Source: Sphaerodactylus townsendi
Lineage: Eukaryota
Assembly: GCF_021028975.2 (NCBI RefSeq)
Contig: NC_059425.1
Span: 6,014,033-6,078,000 of the forward strand
Length of the DNA: 63,968 nucleotides
Reading direction: 5' to 3'
The position numbers and the translations under genes are program-made. How positions within the stretch are numbered: the stretch's first letter is position 1; every line of letters starts with the position of its first letter. Shown here piece by piece: positions 17,288 to 33,200 of this stretch. Under the pieces are notes generated by a model. The model did no database searches. It was not told the origin of the DNA and saw only the letters and a program-made list of their open reading frames with translations.

Positions 17288-18574
17288 AATTTATTTATTT
17301 ATTCATTATCCACATTTAATATACTGCCCTAACCCCCAGAGGGCTCTGGCAGGTGTACAATTATTAAAGCACATCGCAATAAAATATAGTTATACTAAAA
17401 TTCCAATTAAAACATCAAGTGAACATAAAATAACAGCACCAACTTTGACGCGAAAATCAGATACTGACATCCGCAATAACACCAGGGCAGTTAGATTGTA
17501 GTGTGTGCTCCAGGAATAGAATATGGAACGCAGGAGATGACACCCTGAACAGCTGACCTCCCTAAAAGCCTGATGGAACAACTCCGTCTTGCAGACCCTG
17601 TGGAACTGCTCTAAGCTGGCCCGGATAGAGGCTAGCTATATTATGGAGGGGACTGGGACCACCAGCAGATTGGCCTCTGCCGAGCGCAGAGGCCAAGTAG
17701 GGACATATGGGAACAGACAGATATGAAGGCCCCAGGCCACGAAGAGCCTTAAAGGTTAAAACCAACACTTTAAAGATGATCTGGAACACTGGCATGGAGC
17801 CAGCTGTTTTGAGATAGAAAAGTACGGGCAAGATATGATCCCATATTGAACTGCCCAGGAGAAGCTGGGCCGCTGCGTTATGGACCCACTTCAGCTTCCG
17901 GATCAACCATAAGGGAAGGCCTGGGTAGAGTGAGTTGCAATAGTCTAACCTGGAAACCATTGCATGGCTCTGAAAAACACCAAAGGCTGAATTCCCACTG
18001 AAAATTTAATCTAGATACAACCAAGTTTCAAAAGAATCAGCACTTTTTCAGGTTCCAACATCCTCACTGCAGCATGTTTCCAGTGAAGACGTCTAGACCT
18101 GTCCCTTGGTGGGGGGGGGTGCCTGCTGTCAGGGGTGCAATTGTTAAGCTATCAGCACCAAAATTTCAGAGTATCTTTAGGAGACCCTCTTGATGATACC
18201 ACCCAGGTTTGGTGAAGTTTGGTTCTTGGGGATCAAAGCTATGGACCCTCAAATGTGTAGCTCCCTTCTCCTATTAGGCTCCTATTGGGGAGTCCAGTAG
18301 CTTTGGGACCCCTGGAGTAAACTTCTACAAAGCCTGGGTGGTATTAGAGTGTTTTTTTTCCCCAAAAAGGTGCACATACAAGCAGGTCCAGGAAAATCCT
18401 GTGATGGGAGGGGGGGGCACCAGAAATGGGACTGATCTGCGTTCTGTGGTCCAGCAGTGGGGAGATCCCGAGGAAATCTGGGTCTCCATAGAGAGAACTG
18501 AATCCAGGCAAACCCCCAGGCTCTGGGCAGAGGGGGCTGCTGATAGAGGAGCTCCCTCTAGCAACGGCTGCTGA

Positions 18575-18615
<41 letters not shown>

Positions 18616-18950
18616 CCGTGACCCACCCACAGGACCTCCGTCTTCGATGGATTAAGTTTTAACCTGCTTTGCTTCAACCAACCAGCAACCGTCTCCAAAC
18701 AATGCTGGAGAGCCGCAAGAGCGGAGGTTGGTCTCCCCTCCATCAACAGAATGAGCCGAGTATAATCAGCATACTGGTAACAAATCAGCCCAAAACTCCA
18801 CACCAGCTGAGCAAGGGGTCGTTTGTAGATGTTAACTAACAAAGGGGATAATTGGGCCCCCTGTGGCACCCCACACTGAAGTGGGCACCGTTGGGATGCC
18901 CTGTCCCCTAACCTCACTTGCTGAGTTCAATTCTGGAGGAATGAGGCGAG
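17288..18950 (-). mobile_element. Interrupted 5'-truncated L2 (mirror of 25220-26848)
   Basis: VSRLDYCNSL, CGVPQGAQLSPLL, QYADYT; (TTTA)n tail at ~17290. Confidence 0.85.
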
Positions 18951-19462
18951 CCATTGCAAGGCAATGCCCTGGACCCCAGAGACGGCCAGGATTATTTCTG
19001 CAAGATGTGGGATTTTATAGTGCTGTGCTGTCATGTTGGGAAATCTCTATTTGCCAGGCTGCTCAGAATAGTTGAAGACTCTTGTGAACCGAGGGGAGAA
19101 GAAGGTAAAATGCACTAGCGTGAGCAAGCTCTGGAATTTCTATGGATCTTCTCTGTGGGAAAATGCATGCTTTCCATGCGCCGGGATCAGTGCCAGCATC
19201 TCCACTGAAAGTGGTTTCAGGTGCCTGGAGAACAGCCCTGCCAAAGAGCCATGGCCACTCAGGGTGGACAGGGAATAAGTGATCTGACTTGGTACAAGGA
19301 CGCCGGCTGTTCTCGTAGGTTCCTGGTCTACAGCCACCATTTTCACATTCACATCTCTTTCAGTCTGAGGAAGAGACCATGATGATAATCCTCACAGAAA
19401 TCCACCCGCTCTTAAAAGGAAGCACAAGAAAAGTATAATCCCGAGGGACATATAGTAGCTAC

Positions 19463-19555
19463 CTGCCAGATCCTCCTCTTCATCAAAGATCCCAAGAAAC
19501 ACATCTTCTTTCTCTTCAAGCTGGGATATGAGCTCAGGCTTTGCAATCAGAGGAC
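19463..19555 (-). CDS. KRAB-B exon, mirror copy of gene A (GT donor intact in this copy)
   Basis: 93 nt, PLIAKPELISQLEEKEDVFLGIFDEEEDLA, AG/GT flanks. Confidence 0.75.
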
Positions 19556-21605
19556 CTTGTAATCAGGGGAAGAAAATAACAACCAACAAAATTATAACTC
19601 TCTTGAGTGCAAATAAATTCCTCAGTCCCAAGTGAGGTTGACAGCCCCTCCAGAAATACACAATAGCTAAGTATTAGGAATGGGAAGAGGGACAGTGCAG
19701 AACCAAGAAGGACAGTACAGAACCAAGACTCAAGCTCTAGCAGTTCTGTGGCTGCTCCCTGTCAAACTGAGATGGAAACTGTGAGGGATTCCAGTACTTA
19801 GCTGCATTGTAACAGAGCAAAGCTCCAGCACACCAGGAGCTAACCACAGACGCTTGTGATTGGCTGGCAGCTAAAGAGTCAGCTTTTAGTCGGTGCTGTG
19901 AGAACTGAGAGGGAGTTCTGCAGTAGGATGAGCTAAGGAATGGCTGCATTAGGAAATTGCTTCGTTGTCTTGGCGCAAAGCTTACTTTTTGTGAAAGGAC
20001 AAGTTCAGGCAGACAAGAGTGGTCTGTTCTGAGTTCCCAGTAATACAGAAGTGGTACCACAAAGCACATCGGTGGCTGTTTTTATCTATGAGGGAAATCT
20101 ACTAAGGAAGAATAAGCAGGAACGGCTCATTAAGGACTGTGGCCCTTCACAGAGAAGGGAGTGGATTTTATTCTGCAGGGACACAGAAGGGAGAAAATCC
20201 TACTCATAAACCTTAGTGGGTTCAGATTGTCCTAGGCAGCGTGCAGAAATCTTGCTAAATCATCTTTTATCTGAGAGTAAAGTCGTCCTCTCAGAAAAGG
20301 GAAAACAGAAGGAGAACTGTACTAGCAACTGAATAGATTTAAAAAACACCCGATTGGTTTATGTAATTTTAAAGACCTAAGAAAAAAAACAGCTCCTGAA
20401 TAACTGAATTGAATCTGCGGAAGAAGCCATAAAACTCTTGTCTACAGTGCCTTTAATATCAACTTACCTGCTTTATTTTTGCTTTGCGAAATACCTTTCA
20501 TGTTTTTAAACAAATCTTACTCTTTCATCTTTTTTTAACTTCTATAAAGCTTCTTTTGCTGTTTGTTTTCTGACTAGAAAGGGAAGTTTTATTTTAAACT
20601 TATCAACACTCTTAGACAAATTGGGAAGTGTCTGGAATCTGGCCCTATTTACGCTTATTTTTAGTAGAGGGTTGGAAAACAGTGAAATTACAACCGCATA
20701 CACCATTCACATGCTACATTTTTTTTTTTTTTTTTCCAAGGAAGCTGGCCACCTTTTTTTTCAGGAAGGGCTGTTCGTGCATGAGTCAGGCAGATGAAAT
20801 TTTGGAGAGAAACCACCGCAGGGCACTGGTGGGCAGAGGGTGTGTTGCAGAAATGCAGCTGCAAACTCAGGCATTGGCATTGAAGCCAGTAGAGTTCCCT
20901 CCACAGTCTCCTCTTAGTCCAGGAGAAAAGCCCCTGGAGAAAAGCCCCTGCTCAGACGACCCCACCTTCTCTTGACTAAGCATTCCCCTATGTCAGGGGC
21001 ATTGTATCTATGTGATTGAGACAAATTCCTAGCTCCATGTAACTGCTTAAAGCTATAAATCAATTTTGCTAAAAGATATATGTAACCAGCCTGCTATGTG
21101 TTACCACAGCCATCTGGAGCGTTCTTTCCTTGATCTCTACTTTATGGCTTCACATGCTTTGTAGATAACTAGGCTTCCCCCGACACCCTGGTCCTATGAG
21201 AAACAGAGTTGCATCCGTTAACTCGTGGGGGCAGGAGGACAGGTGGCTTTCTCTTACTATCTGCTGCCGACCTCTGGGCGCCTCAGCTCAGGGGACTGTT
21301 TTCTACAATCTCTTGGGAAAGGGGAGGGGTTTGCAATGGGATGAAGGGGATGGGAAAAGCCAGGTTTGTCAGAATTGGCTTTGCCGAGCTTTGGTGCTTC
21401 GATGCCTCATCCATAAACACTACTGATCAATACTAGGGAGTCCATTTATTGACTTAAGGTTTGAGACCTAACACCCTGGCACCTCTTCTGATGTCCTCTC
21501 AGGTGGTCCAACAGAGGACTGCCAGGCAGGGGTTTGCTCTCTGCAACGTAAACCCAAATCAGAGGAAGGATAATGGAGGGTAGCTGAGATCAGCCATTGC
21601 AATCA

Positions 21606-21782
<177 letters not shown>

Positions 21783-21969
21783 TTACATCACTGAAAAGCT
21801 GATCCGTGGGCAGGAAAGTCAAAAAGAGAAATTGTGATGGATTCCAGGGTAAATCTGCTCCTGATAGAAGGAACAATGAGTTTGCTTATTTAATTCATAC
21901 ACCAAATTATACGGCTGTAAGTATTTTCCCTTATCAAACAAGTTTTACTAAATGGACCAGCCAGCAAAC

Positions 21970-21971
<2 letters not shown>

Positions 21972-22022
<51 letters not shown>

Positions 22023-22135
22023 TCNNNNNNNNNNNNNNNNNNNNNNNNNNNNNNNNNNNNNNNNNNNNNNNNNNNNNNNNNNNNNNNNNNNNNNNNNNNN
22101 NNNNNNNNNNNNNNNNNAGAAAGAAAAGAAAAGAA

Positions 22136-22170
<35 letters not shown>
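21972..22170. repeat. (TTTC)n / N-gap (22025-22117) / (GAAA)n at the palindrome centre
   Basis: Directly visible. Confidence 0.95.
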
Positions 22171-22172
<2 letters not shown>

Positions 22173-22359
22173 GTTTGCTGGCTGGTCCATTTAGTAAAAC
22201 TTGTTTGATAAGGGAAAATACTTACAGCCGTATAATTTGGTGTATGAATTAAATAAGCAAACTCATTGTTCCTTCTATCAGGAGCAGATTTACCCTGGAA
22301 TCCATCACAATTTCTCTTTTTGACTTTCCTGCCCACGGATCAGCTTTTCAGTGATGTAA

Positions 22360-22536
<177 letters not shown>

Positions 22537-24593
22537 TGATTCCAAGGGCTGATCTCAGCTACCCTCCATTATCCTTCCTCTGATTTGGGTTTACGTTGCA
22601 GAGAGCAAACCCCTGCCTGGCAGTCCTCTGTTGGACCACCTGAGAGGACATCAGAAGAGGTGCCAGGGTGTTAGGTCTCAAACCTTAAGTCAATAAATGG
22701 ACTCCCTAGTATTGATCAGTAGTGTTTATGGATGAGGCATCGAAGCACCAAAGCTCGGCAAAGCCAATTCTGACAAACCTGGCTTTTCCCATCCCCTTTA
22801 TCCTATTGCAACCCCCCCCCCCCCAACTTTCCCAAGAGATTGTAGAAAACAGTCCCCTGAGCTGAGGCGCCCAGAGATTGACAACTGAATGAAATGAAAG
22901 CCACCTGTCGTATGCCTTACGAGTTAACCGGATGCAATCTCTGTTTCTCATAGGACCAGGGTGTCGAAGGAGGCCCTAATAGATTATCTACAACGCATGA
23001 AAAGCCATAAAGAAGTAGAGATCAAGGAAAGAACGCTCCAGATGGCTGTGGTAACACATAGCAGGCTGGTTACATATATCTTTTAGCAAAATTGATTTAT
23101 AGCTTTAAGCAGTTACATGGAGCTAGGAATTTGTCTCAATCACATAGATACAATGCCCCTGACATAGGGGAATGCTTAGTCAAGAGAAGGTGGGGTCGTC
23201 TGAGCAGGGGCTTTTCTCCAGGGGCTTTTCTCCTGGACTAAGAGGAGACTGTGGAGGGAACTCTACTGGCTTCAATGCCAATGCCTGAGTTTGCAGCTGC
23301 ATTTCTGCAACACACCCTCTGCCCACCAGTGCCCTGCAGACAGTTTTCTCTCCAAAATTTCATCTGCCTGACTCTGTACGAACAGCCCTTCCTGGTAGCT
23401 TCTATGGAAAAATGTAGCATGTGAATGGTGTATGCGGTTGTAATTTCACTGTTTTCCAACCCTCTACTAAAAATAAGCGTAAATAGGGCCAGATTCCAGA
23501 CACTTCCCAATTTGTCTAAGAGTGTTGATAAGTTTAAAATAAAACTTCCCTTTCTAGTCAGAAAACAAAGCAACCAAAAAGAAGCTTTATAGAAGTTAAA
23601 AAAAGATGAAAGAGTAAGATTTGTTTAAAAACATGAAAGGTATTTCGCAAAGCAAAAATAAAGCAGGTAAGTTGATATTAAAGGCACTGTAGACAAGAGT
23701 TTTATGGCTTCTTCCGCAGATTCAATTCAGTTATTCAGGAGCTGTTTTTTTTCTTAGGTCTTTAAAATTACATAAACCAATCGGGTGTTTTTTAAATCTA
23801 TTCAGTTGCTAGTACAGTTCTCCTTCTGTTTTCCCTTTTCTGAGAGGACGACTTTACTCTCAGATAAAAGATGATTTAGCAAGATTTCTGCACGCTGCCT
23901 AGGACAATCTGAACCCACTAAGGTTTATGAGTAGGATTTTCTCCCTTCTGTGTCCCTGCAGAATAAAATCCACTCCCTTCTCTGTGAAGGGCCACAGTCC
24001 TTAATGAGTCATTCCTGCTTATTCTTCCTTAGTAGATTTCCCTCAAAGATAAAAACAGCCACCGATGTGCTTTGTGGTACCACTTCTGTATTACTGGGAA
24101 CTCAGGTGAGACCACTCTTGTCTGCCTGAACTTGTCCGCTTTCACAAAGAAATGTAAGCTTTAAGCCAAGATGTAACAATTTCCTAATGCAGCCATTCCT
24201 TAGCTCATCCTACTGCAAGAACTCCCTCTCCAGTTCTCTGGCACCCGACTAAAAGCTGACTCTTTAGCTGCCAGTAATCCTGAAAGCGTCTGTGGTTAGC
24301 TCCTGGTGTGCTGGAGCTTTGTATCTGACCCACAATGCAGCTAAGTACTGGAATCCCTCACAGTTTCCATCTCAGTTTGACAGGGAGCAGCCTCAGAACT
24401 GCTAGAGCTTTGAGTCTTGGAACTGTACCTTTCCTTCTCATGTAGTTCTGCACTGTCCCTCTTCCCATTCCTAATACTTAGCTATTGGCGTATTTCTGGA
24501 GGGGCTGTCAACCTCATATGGTACTGAAGAATTTATTTGCACTCCATAGTTGTATAATTTTGTTGGTTGTTATTTTCTTCCCCTGATTACAAG

Positions 24594-24686
24594 GTCCTCT
24601 GATTGCAAAGCCCGAGCTCATATCCCAGCTTGAAGAGAAAGAAGATGTGTTTCTTGGGATCTTTGATGAAGAGGAGGATCTGGCAG
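24594..24686 (+). CDS. KZNF gene A, KRAB-B exon
   Basis: 93 nt, KPELISQLEE motif; donor garbled here (GA) but GT in the mirror copy. Confidence 0.8.
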
Positions 24687-25219
24687 GAATTGCTTCTATA
24701 ATCCCCTCGAGGGATTATACTTTTCTTGTGCTTCCCTTTTAAGAGCGGGTGGATTTCTGTGAGGATTATCATCATGAATGCTCTTCCTCAGACTGAAAGA
24801 GATGTGAATGTGAAAATGGTGGCTGTGGGCCAGGAACCTCACAGCGAGAACAGCCCGGCGTCCTTGTACCAAGTCGAATCACTTGTTGTCCTGCTCCGCC
24901 CTGATTAGCCATGGCTCTTTGGCAGGGCTGTTCTCCAGAGCCTGAAACCACTTTCAGTGGAGATGCTGGCACTGATCCCGGCGCATGGAAAGCATGCATT
25001 TTCCCACAGAGAAGATCCATAGAAATTCCAGAGCTTGCTCACGCTAGTGCATTTTACCTTCTTCTCCCCTCGGGATGCAAGAGTCTTCTTCAACTATTCT
25101 GAGCAACCTGGCAAATAGAGATTTCCCAACATGACAGCACAGCACTATAAAATCCCACATCTTTTAGAGCAATCCTGGCCGTCTCTGGGGGGGTCCAGGG
25201 CATTGCCTTGCACCCCGTA

Positions 25220-28051
<2,832 letters not shown>

Positions 28052-28109
28052 TAGGAGAAATCACAGTAAATACAGCTAACCAGTCTCCATTCTCTGTTTC
28101 ACTGAATAG

Positions 28110-28800
28110 AAGATTGGGAGAAGAAAATTATCCATATGCTGGAAATGGACAGATAACTTGGAAGTTGAAAAGAAACTATGCTAAATTTAAGAAAACATAA
28201 TTCTATATTCGACAAGTTAAATTCTAATACCAATAAAGAAGACACTCCATATGGTTTAAAATGGAAGAAATAAAAATATAATCAATCTCACCCTCATGGT
28301 AGGTGTTATCTTCTGTGATATAACAATAAGTAAAGAACAGTATAATTTAAGAAATATAACAGAGATATGAGATCTTCCTTCTTTCACAATGTATTTTTTT
28401 TCTTGTTTAGAAGATGGGAAAAGAATCACGAAATTATGACAAAGATGAGATAATGTATTTTGTTTATTTCCCTGTAGGAGAAATTTTAAGAAATTGAATA
28501 GTTAAATGCTCAAAAGAAAATATTTGAAACATAGATAGAAAAGAATAGCAGCCTTATGGTTTCCTTCCTTGGGTAAGTTCCCTACAATAGTTTTTTTGTG
28601 TTGTATATGGCTGTATCTTGTGTTTACCGTTTCTCTTGATTCTATATTGTTGTATTTTAATAACATTCAAAAAATTTTTAAAAAGAAATTTGTGGCCAAC
28701 AGTATATCCTAAATATTCTCCATAGCCACCAATTTTGAAGAGCTAATTGTCTCTCTTTGATTTATTTTGATCAAAGAGTACCTTTTTTCTCTATTGACGT
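28110..28800 (+). mobile_element. AT-rich, probably L1-derived decayed fragments (mirror ~15345-16030)
   Basis: Very AT-rich, Trp/Lys-rich broken frames, A-rich tail near 28670-28690. Confidence 0.3.
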
Positions 28801-29011
28801 AAAGCTAATACCACTTTTTTTTAACACGACATCCCTTCAAATATTTAAACATGGCTATCATCTATCCCCCTACCCCTTACCTTCTCTTCTTTAGACTAAA
28901 CATATCCTGCTCCTTAGGTCTCTCCTCATAGGGCATGGATTCTAGACCTTTTATCGACGATGGTCATAAGCATATACCGACCAAGTCCAATATTTTTTCA
29001 TATATTGTGGT

Positions 29012-29755
29012 CAGTGGTGGGATCCAAAAATTTTACTAACAGGTTCCCATGGTGGTGGGATTCAAACTGTGGCGTAGCTTAATGGCGGCTAGGGTGAAGC
29101 GACGATTGTGGCCAGGCATTCCAGAGGCGGGAACATTCCTGGTAGGGGCTGTGGCAAGGGCGCGGCAGCACAATCGATCGCAGACCCGGGGAAACAAATG
29201 CACGCAGGCACAGGCTGCCTCCTGCTAGACCAGGGGTCGGGAACCCGCGGCTCGCGAGCCGCATGCGGCTCTTCCGCCGCTGTTCTGCGGCTCCAGGAGC
29301 CGAGCTGCGGGCCCCCTCTTCACCCGCCCTGCGCGTGAGCAGGGCGGGCGCTTCACTCGTCAGTGACGGCCGAATCAAGCCGCTACAAAGACCTCTTCGC
29401 CATACCACTCCTTGCAGGGCGTTCGCTTCAATGGCCCGGTGAATCGGTCACGCCGAGCCGCCGGGCCCATCTACGCCACTGCCCTGCGAAGCCGAGGTGG
29501 CGGAGGGCGGGGGGTGGGGGCGCGAGCGAGCAAGTGAGCAGGGGAGGGTGAGCCAAATGGCTCTTTGAGGGGAAAAGGTTCCCGACCCCTGTGCTAGACT
29601 GTTTCAAGTTCTGCGCGCTACTGCTGAGAGGAGGGGCGTAACGAAGGCAAAAATCACGTGGCAAAATCACCAATTAGTAACTCCCTCTCAGCACACACAA
29701 ATAATTAGTAACCTACTCTCGGGAACCTGTGAGAACCTGCTGGATCCCACCTCTG
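29012..29755. mobile_element. Non-autonomous hAT element
   Basis: TIR CAGTGGTGGGATCCA / TGGATCCCACCTCTG; TSD ATTGTGGT at 29004 and 29756. Confidence 0.9.
29231..29591. mobile_element. Nested Charlie-type hAT MITE
   Basis: TIR CAGGGGTCGGGAACC; TSD TGCTAGAC at 29223 and 29592. Confidence 0.92.
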
Positions 29756-31182
29756 ATTGTGGTGCCCAGAACTGGACACAGTATTCCAGGTGAGGTCTGA
29801 CCAATGCAGAATAGAGTGGTATTATTAATACCCTGAGCCACTCTATGGGAGAAAGATGATGGGTCAAAGACTCCAGAGCCTTCCTAGATCAAAGTTAGTC
29901 CCCTCAGTTGTGCCCCAAAGCCATTATGGAGAACCTTGTAGAGTGGAGAACCTTCACATCCCAAGTTTCTTCTCCCCCCCCCCCACTCCATTTGGAGGGA
30001 CAACCCAGAGAATAACGGGGGAGGGGCAAAGGCCCATGCAGGGGTAGAGGCAGATGTTGCCACAACTTGGCCCTCGCATAGAAATCCTTCTTCTGCCTTG
30101 GCAGAATTCGGCAGCCATTTCTCCAGAAATTGGGAAGGACAAAATTATGTAAATGTCTCCTTGGCACCATTTGCTTCCTTCTGGGGGCGCCAAGGGGTGG
30201 AGTGAAGGGTGGCAAGCGGGCATTCAGAGCAGCTTGTCTGCATGTCAAAATTACTGTCCAAGGCATATTTATGCCTGGCACCGGCAGCTTTCTATTGGCC
30301 ACGTTTCAAAGCCCACCCCATTGGTTAAATTACCCAATCATGACAGCTAGAGCACTTCGCACGTGTGGCACGGCTAGGAATTGCATAAACGCACTCTAGG
30401 CACCCTGCTGAGTCTTTGATGTAGCTGACACACCTCCCGGAATCAAAATTGACACCGGCTCACCTGATGGCCCGTTCTCCAGTCCTCTGCCTGAAGAGCC
30501 CAGGAATGACACGGTGTGTCATTGCACACTCCCTAACCGCTGAAAAGGGCAGGTCAGAACAAGTCTTGGACTTGCCTGGCTTTAATTGAGACATGTCCTA
30601 CCCTGCCGCAATTACGTGTGATGAACTGCGCTCATGTGCATTTACAAAACGTTAAGAAATTTGGGGGTGGGGTCGCGGTGCTTGTCACATGTTGGGGTGC
30701 TTGGGAGCTGCCAGAATGCCTCATACATTTCAGGCCAGGTCTATTTTGCTCAAACCAGGTCTTATTTTGCAAACTGTAAAACTGCGGGCATCCATTTTAC
30801 TCTTTCACTGGGGAACAATAACAGAGCTGTACCTTGTGTGTCACTGTCTCATTCCTCCCCAGCCCATACTGATGGACTGATTTTCAAACACACACAGAAG
30901 TGGGAAGGATAGTTTGCAGAAAGTTTGGGGGTGTCTGTAAGGTATTGGGGGGGCGTTATTGCTAGAAACAAGAGCGAACTTTTTCCTAAGAGGTTTGGAA
31001 ATGTGCACATTTCAAAGTGTGTGTTTGGGAAGGAAGGGAGGGCTCAAACACAGCTTTCCCAGTCCCCTTTCTCTGTTGTTTTGGGAATGAAGGGGGGGGG
31101 GACCTAGCTATGGGGTGGGGTCTTTCCTTTGAATGGCTCTAAGCAAATGTAATTAGGCATTCTTCTATCTCTGAGGAATCTC

Positions 31183-31272
31183 AGACTTCCCTCTGTGATA
31201 CACCTCTGAAGAGGCCAGCCACAGATGCAGGCGAAACGTTAGGAACAAGATCCACCAGACCACGGCCACACA
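31183..31272 (+). mobile_element. Penelope-like retroelement terminal fragment
   Basis: CTGAAGA.GCCAGCCACAGATGCAGGCGAAACG.. ...ACCAGACCACGGCCACACAG resembles the lizard Penelope terminal repeat; family recalled from memory. Confidence 0.65.
31203..31243 (+). ncRNA. Minimal type I hammerhead ribozyme motif
   Basis: CCU / CUGAAGA / GCC..GGC stem / GAAA / CG / UU / AGG; ACGU palindrome in place of stem III. Confidence 0.6.
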
Positions 31273-31544
31273 GGAGCACAAATTACAGGAGCAAACTAAC
31301 ACTCTCGGTTGCAGGGGCTTGAGGTGTGTGTGTGTGTGTGGGGGGGGGGGGGGCGCTGAGGCAGTGCTAGCAGTTGTACAGCAGCAACATAAAGCTAAAG
31401 TAAGACTTTGGAGTTTTCTTCTTAGAGGAAAGATCTCTCTCTTTTCGTCTATGGATGTTGCTGACGTTTGGGGATCTTGTATTTTGGCTTGCCAGTTTTT
31501 AATTCTTATCTTTAAGAAGGGAAGGGACTTTTCCTGGTCTACAG

Positions 31545-31685
31545 CAGCAGAAGGCCATTGCTTTCACCTCCTGCCTGTGAGCTCCCAAAGGCACCTGGTG
31601 GGCCACTGCGGAAGTAGCAGAAGGCTATGGACTAGATGGACTCTGAGATTCCCAGTCCAGCTGGCTTGTTCTTATGTTCTTATGA
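31545..31685 (+). mobile_element. Short CR1 3' fragment
   Basis: CR1 3' UTR with TTCTTATG repeats. Confidence 0.82.
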
Positions 31686-32022
31686 AGGACCGAAAATTAA
31701 GGACAATACAGAAATGGTTGGAATATATATGGGGAACAAATACGGTTGGAAATGTTTGACATAATGTCAAGAGGCCAAATATAGCCAAGAAAAACAAAAA
31801 GATATGAAGTGGACCTGTGGACTGAATTCAGAGACTGGACCCACGAAGTGCAGGGTACAGAAGAAAACTGGAAAAGAAGATTAGGAAGAATGGACCTGCT
31901 GCTGCACATTCAAAGAAGAAAAGAGGGAGGGGGAAAGGGGGGGAAAGGATATGGAGGATGAAACAAAAAGATGCATAATATAAATCTGTAACAATCCAAA
32001 ATATCAATAAAAATTTTAAAAA
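31686..32022 (+). mobile_element. Probable L1-type LINE 3' end
   Basis: TIQKWLEYIW... ORF end, AATAAA, A-rich tail. Confidence 0.5.
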
Positions 32023-32116
32023 ATGAAGGTGCCAGCCACAGATGCAGGGGAAATGTTAGGGACAAGATCTACCAGACCACGGCCACGCAGCCCGGAAAAC
32101 CCACCACAACCAATTA
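32023..32116 (+). mobile_element. Penelope-like terminal fragment with degraded hammerhead core
   Basis: TGAAGGTGCCAGCCACAGATGCAGGGGAAATGTTAGG...CAGCCCGGAAAACCCACCACAACC. Confidence 0.6.
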
Positions 32117-32120
32117 TACG

Positions 32121-32258
32121 CCGTGGTGGCAAACCTTTGGCACTCCAGATGTCCATGGACTACAATTCCCATCGGCCAATTGGCCATGCTGGCACGAAAA
32201 GGGCTGATGGGAACTGAAGTCCATGGACATCTAAAATGCCATAAGTCTCCCTACTAGT
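32121..32258. mobile_element. Palindromic hAT-type MITE (right half garbled in this copy)
   Basis: CCGTGGTGGCAAACC TIR; ACTACAATTCCCA at 32159-32171. Confidence 0.75.
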
Positions 32259-32399
32259 GATATAGCACGTGGTTCTGGGATTACTTCTGCCAGTTCTGTG
32301 GGCACAGCGCATAGAGACTTAGATTGATGTGTTTGTATAATTTGTGGGAGGAAACGGCTGACCCAACAGACATGAACAGCGAAGGAAGTTATTGTCGGT

Positions 32400-33200
32400 C
32401 TCCCCCGCAGCGGCCCACTGAGGGTTAAAGGGAGAGAGGAGCGCAGTCCTAGAGCAGCCGCGGGGAGAAGGGCGCCGGAGGGTGGGGGAGCCACTTCCGG
32501 TCGCCCCCGGAAGCAGCCCCTGATCCCCCCGGGGTGCCCCTTGAATTCAGGCAGGACACTGAGGTGAGCTGCAGGGGGCTTGGGGGGGGGGGGCGGAATG
32601 TGGGGGGGGGGCGGGGCTACAGGGAGGGGAGGGTCCCTGGGCGCCTTCCTGCAGAGGAGCCACGTGGAGGGGGGGGGGGCGGGATCCGAACTCGGCGCCC
32701 GGGGGAGGGGGCTGGACGAGCTGGAGGGGTGGGGGTCTCAGAGGCGCTCTTCGGAAGGAGAGGCAGGGAAGGAGGGAGAGCCCGGGGAGAGCCGTGGGGT
32801 GGGGCGGGGCAGACGCGGGGGGAGGGGCGCTGAACGAAGGACCCCGAGGGGTGGGACCGAGGGCGGTGGAAGGTCAATTGTGTCGCTGGACCCCAAAATA
32901 AGGAGACCCCCCACCTCCTCCTCCTCCTCCTCCCCGCCAATTGGATTGCAGGGGGGAGTCATAGAGATTACGGCTAAAGCGTTTCTAGCTCAAAGCCCCC
33001 CAGTCCCTCTGCAGGAATCCCAGCTGGAGGGGAGGAAGCGGCCGTGGGCCAGGAAGAGCTTCAGGGCCGCCCCCCAGATGAGCCCGACGCTGCTGGGCTG
33101 GCGACCAAGGAGGCGTCTCTGTCGCCCAGGGCAGGAGGGGAAGCGGGAAGGGGGGGTCCCACGCCCTCCCCCAAGATCAGCCAGGGGGCCAGCCGACATC
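32400..33200 (+). promoter_or_regulatory. Gene B CpG-island promoter with inverted ETS/GABPA pair
   Basis: CACTTCCGG at 32492 and CCGGAAG at 32507; block conserved at ~44430 and ~56690, always upstream of the start exon. Confidence 0.7.

Larger units (their letters stand above)
28800..29830 (-). mobile_element. Old CR1 fragment split by the hAT insertion
   Basis: Minus strand [16 protein letters not shown]-like coding continues after the TSD into GLESMPYEER. Confidence 0.8.

Noticed and set aside
18577-18614. Long poly-C/G tract as a G-quadruplex element
   Set aside because: The mirror copy at ~25557 is far shorter; homopolymer length is unreliable here.
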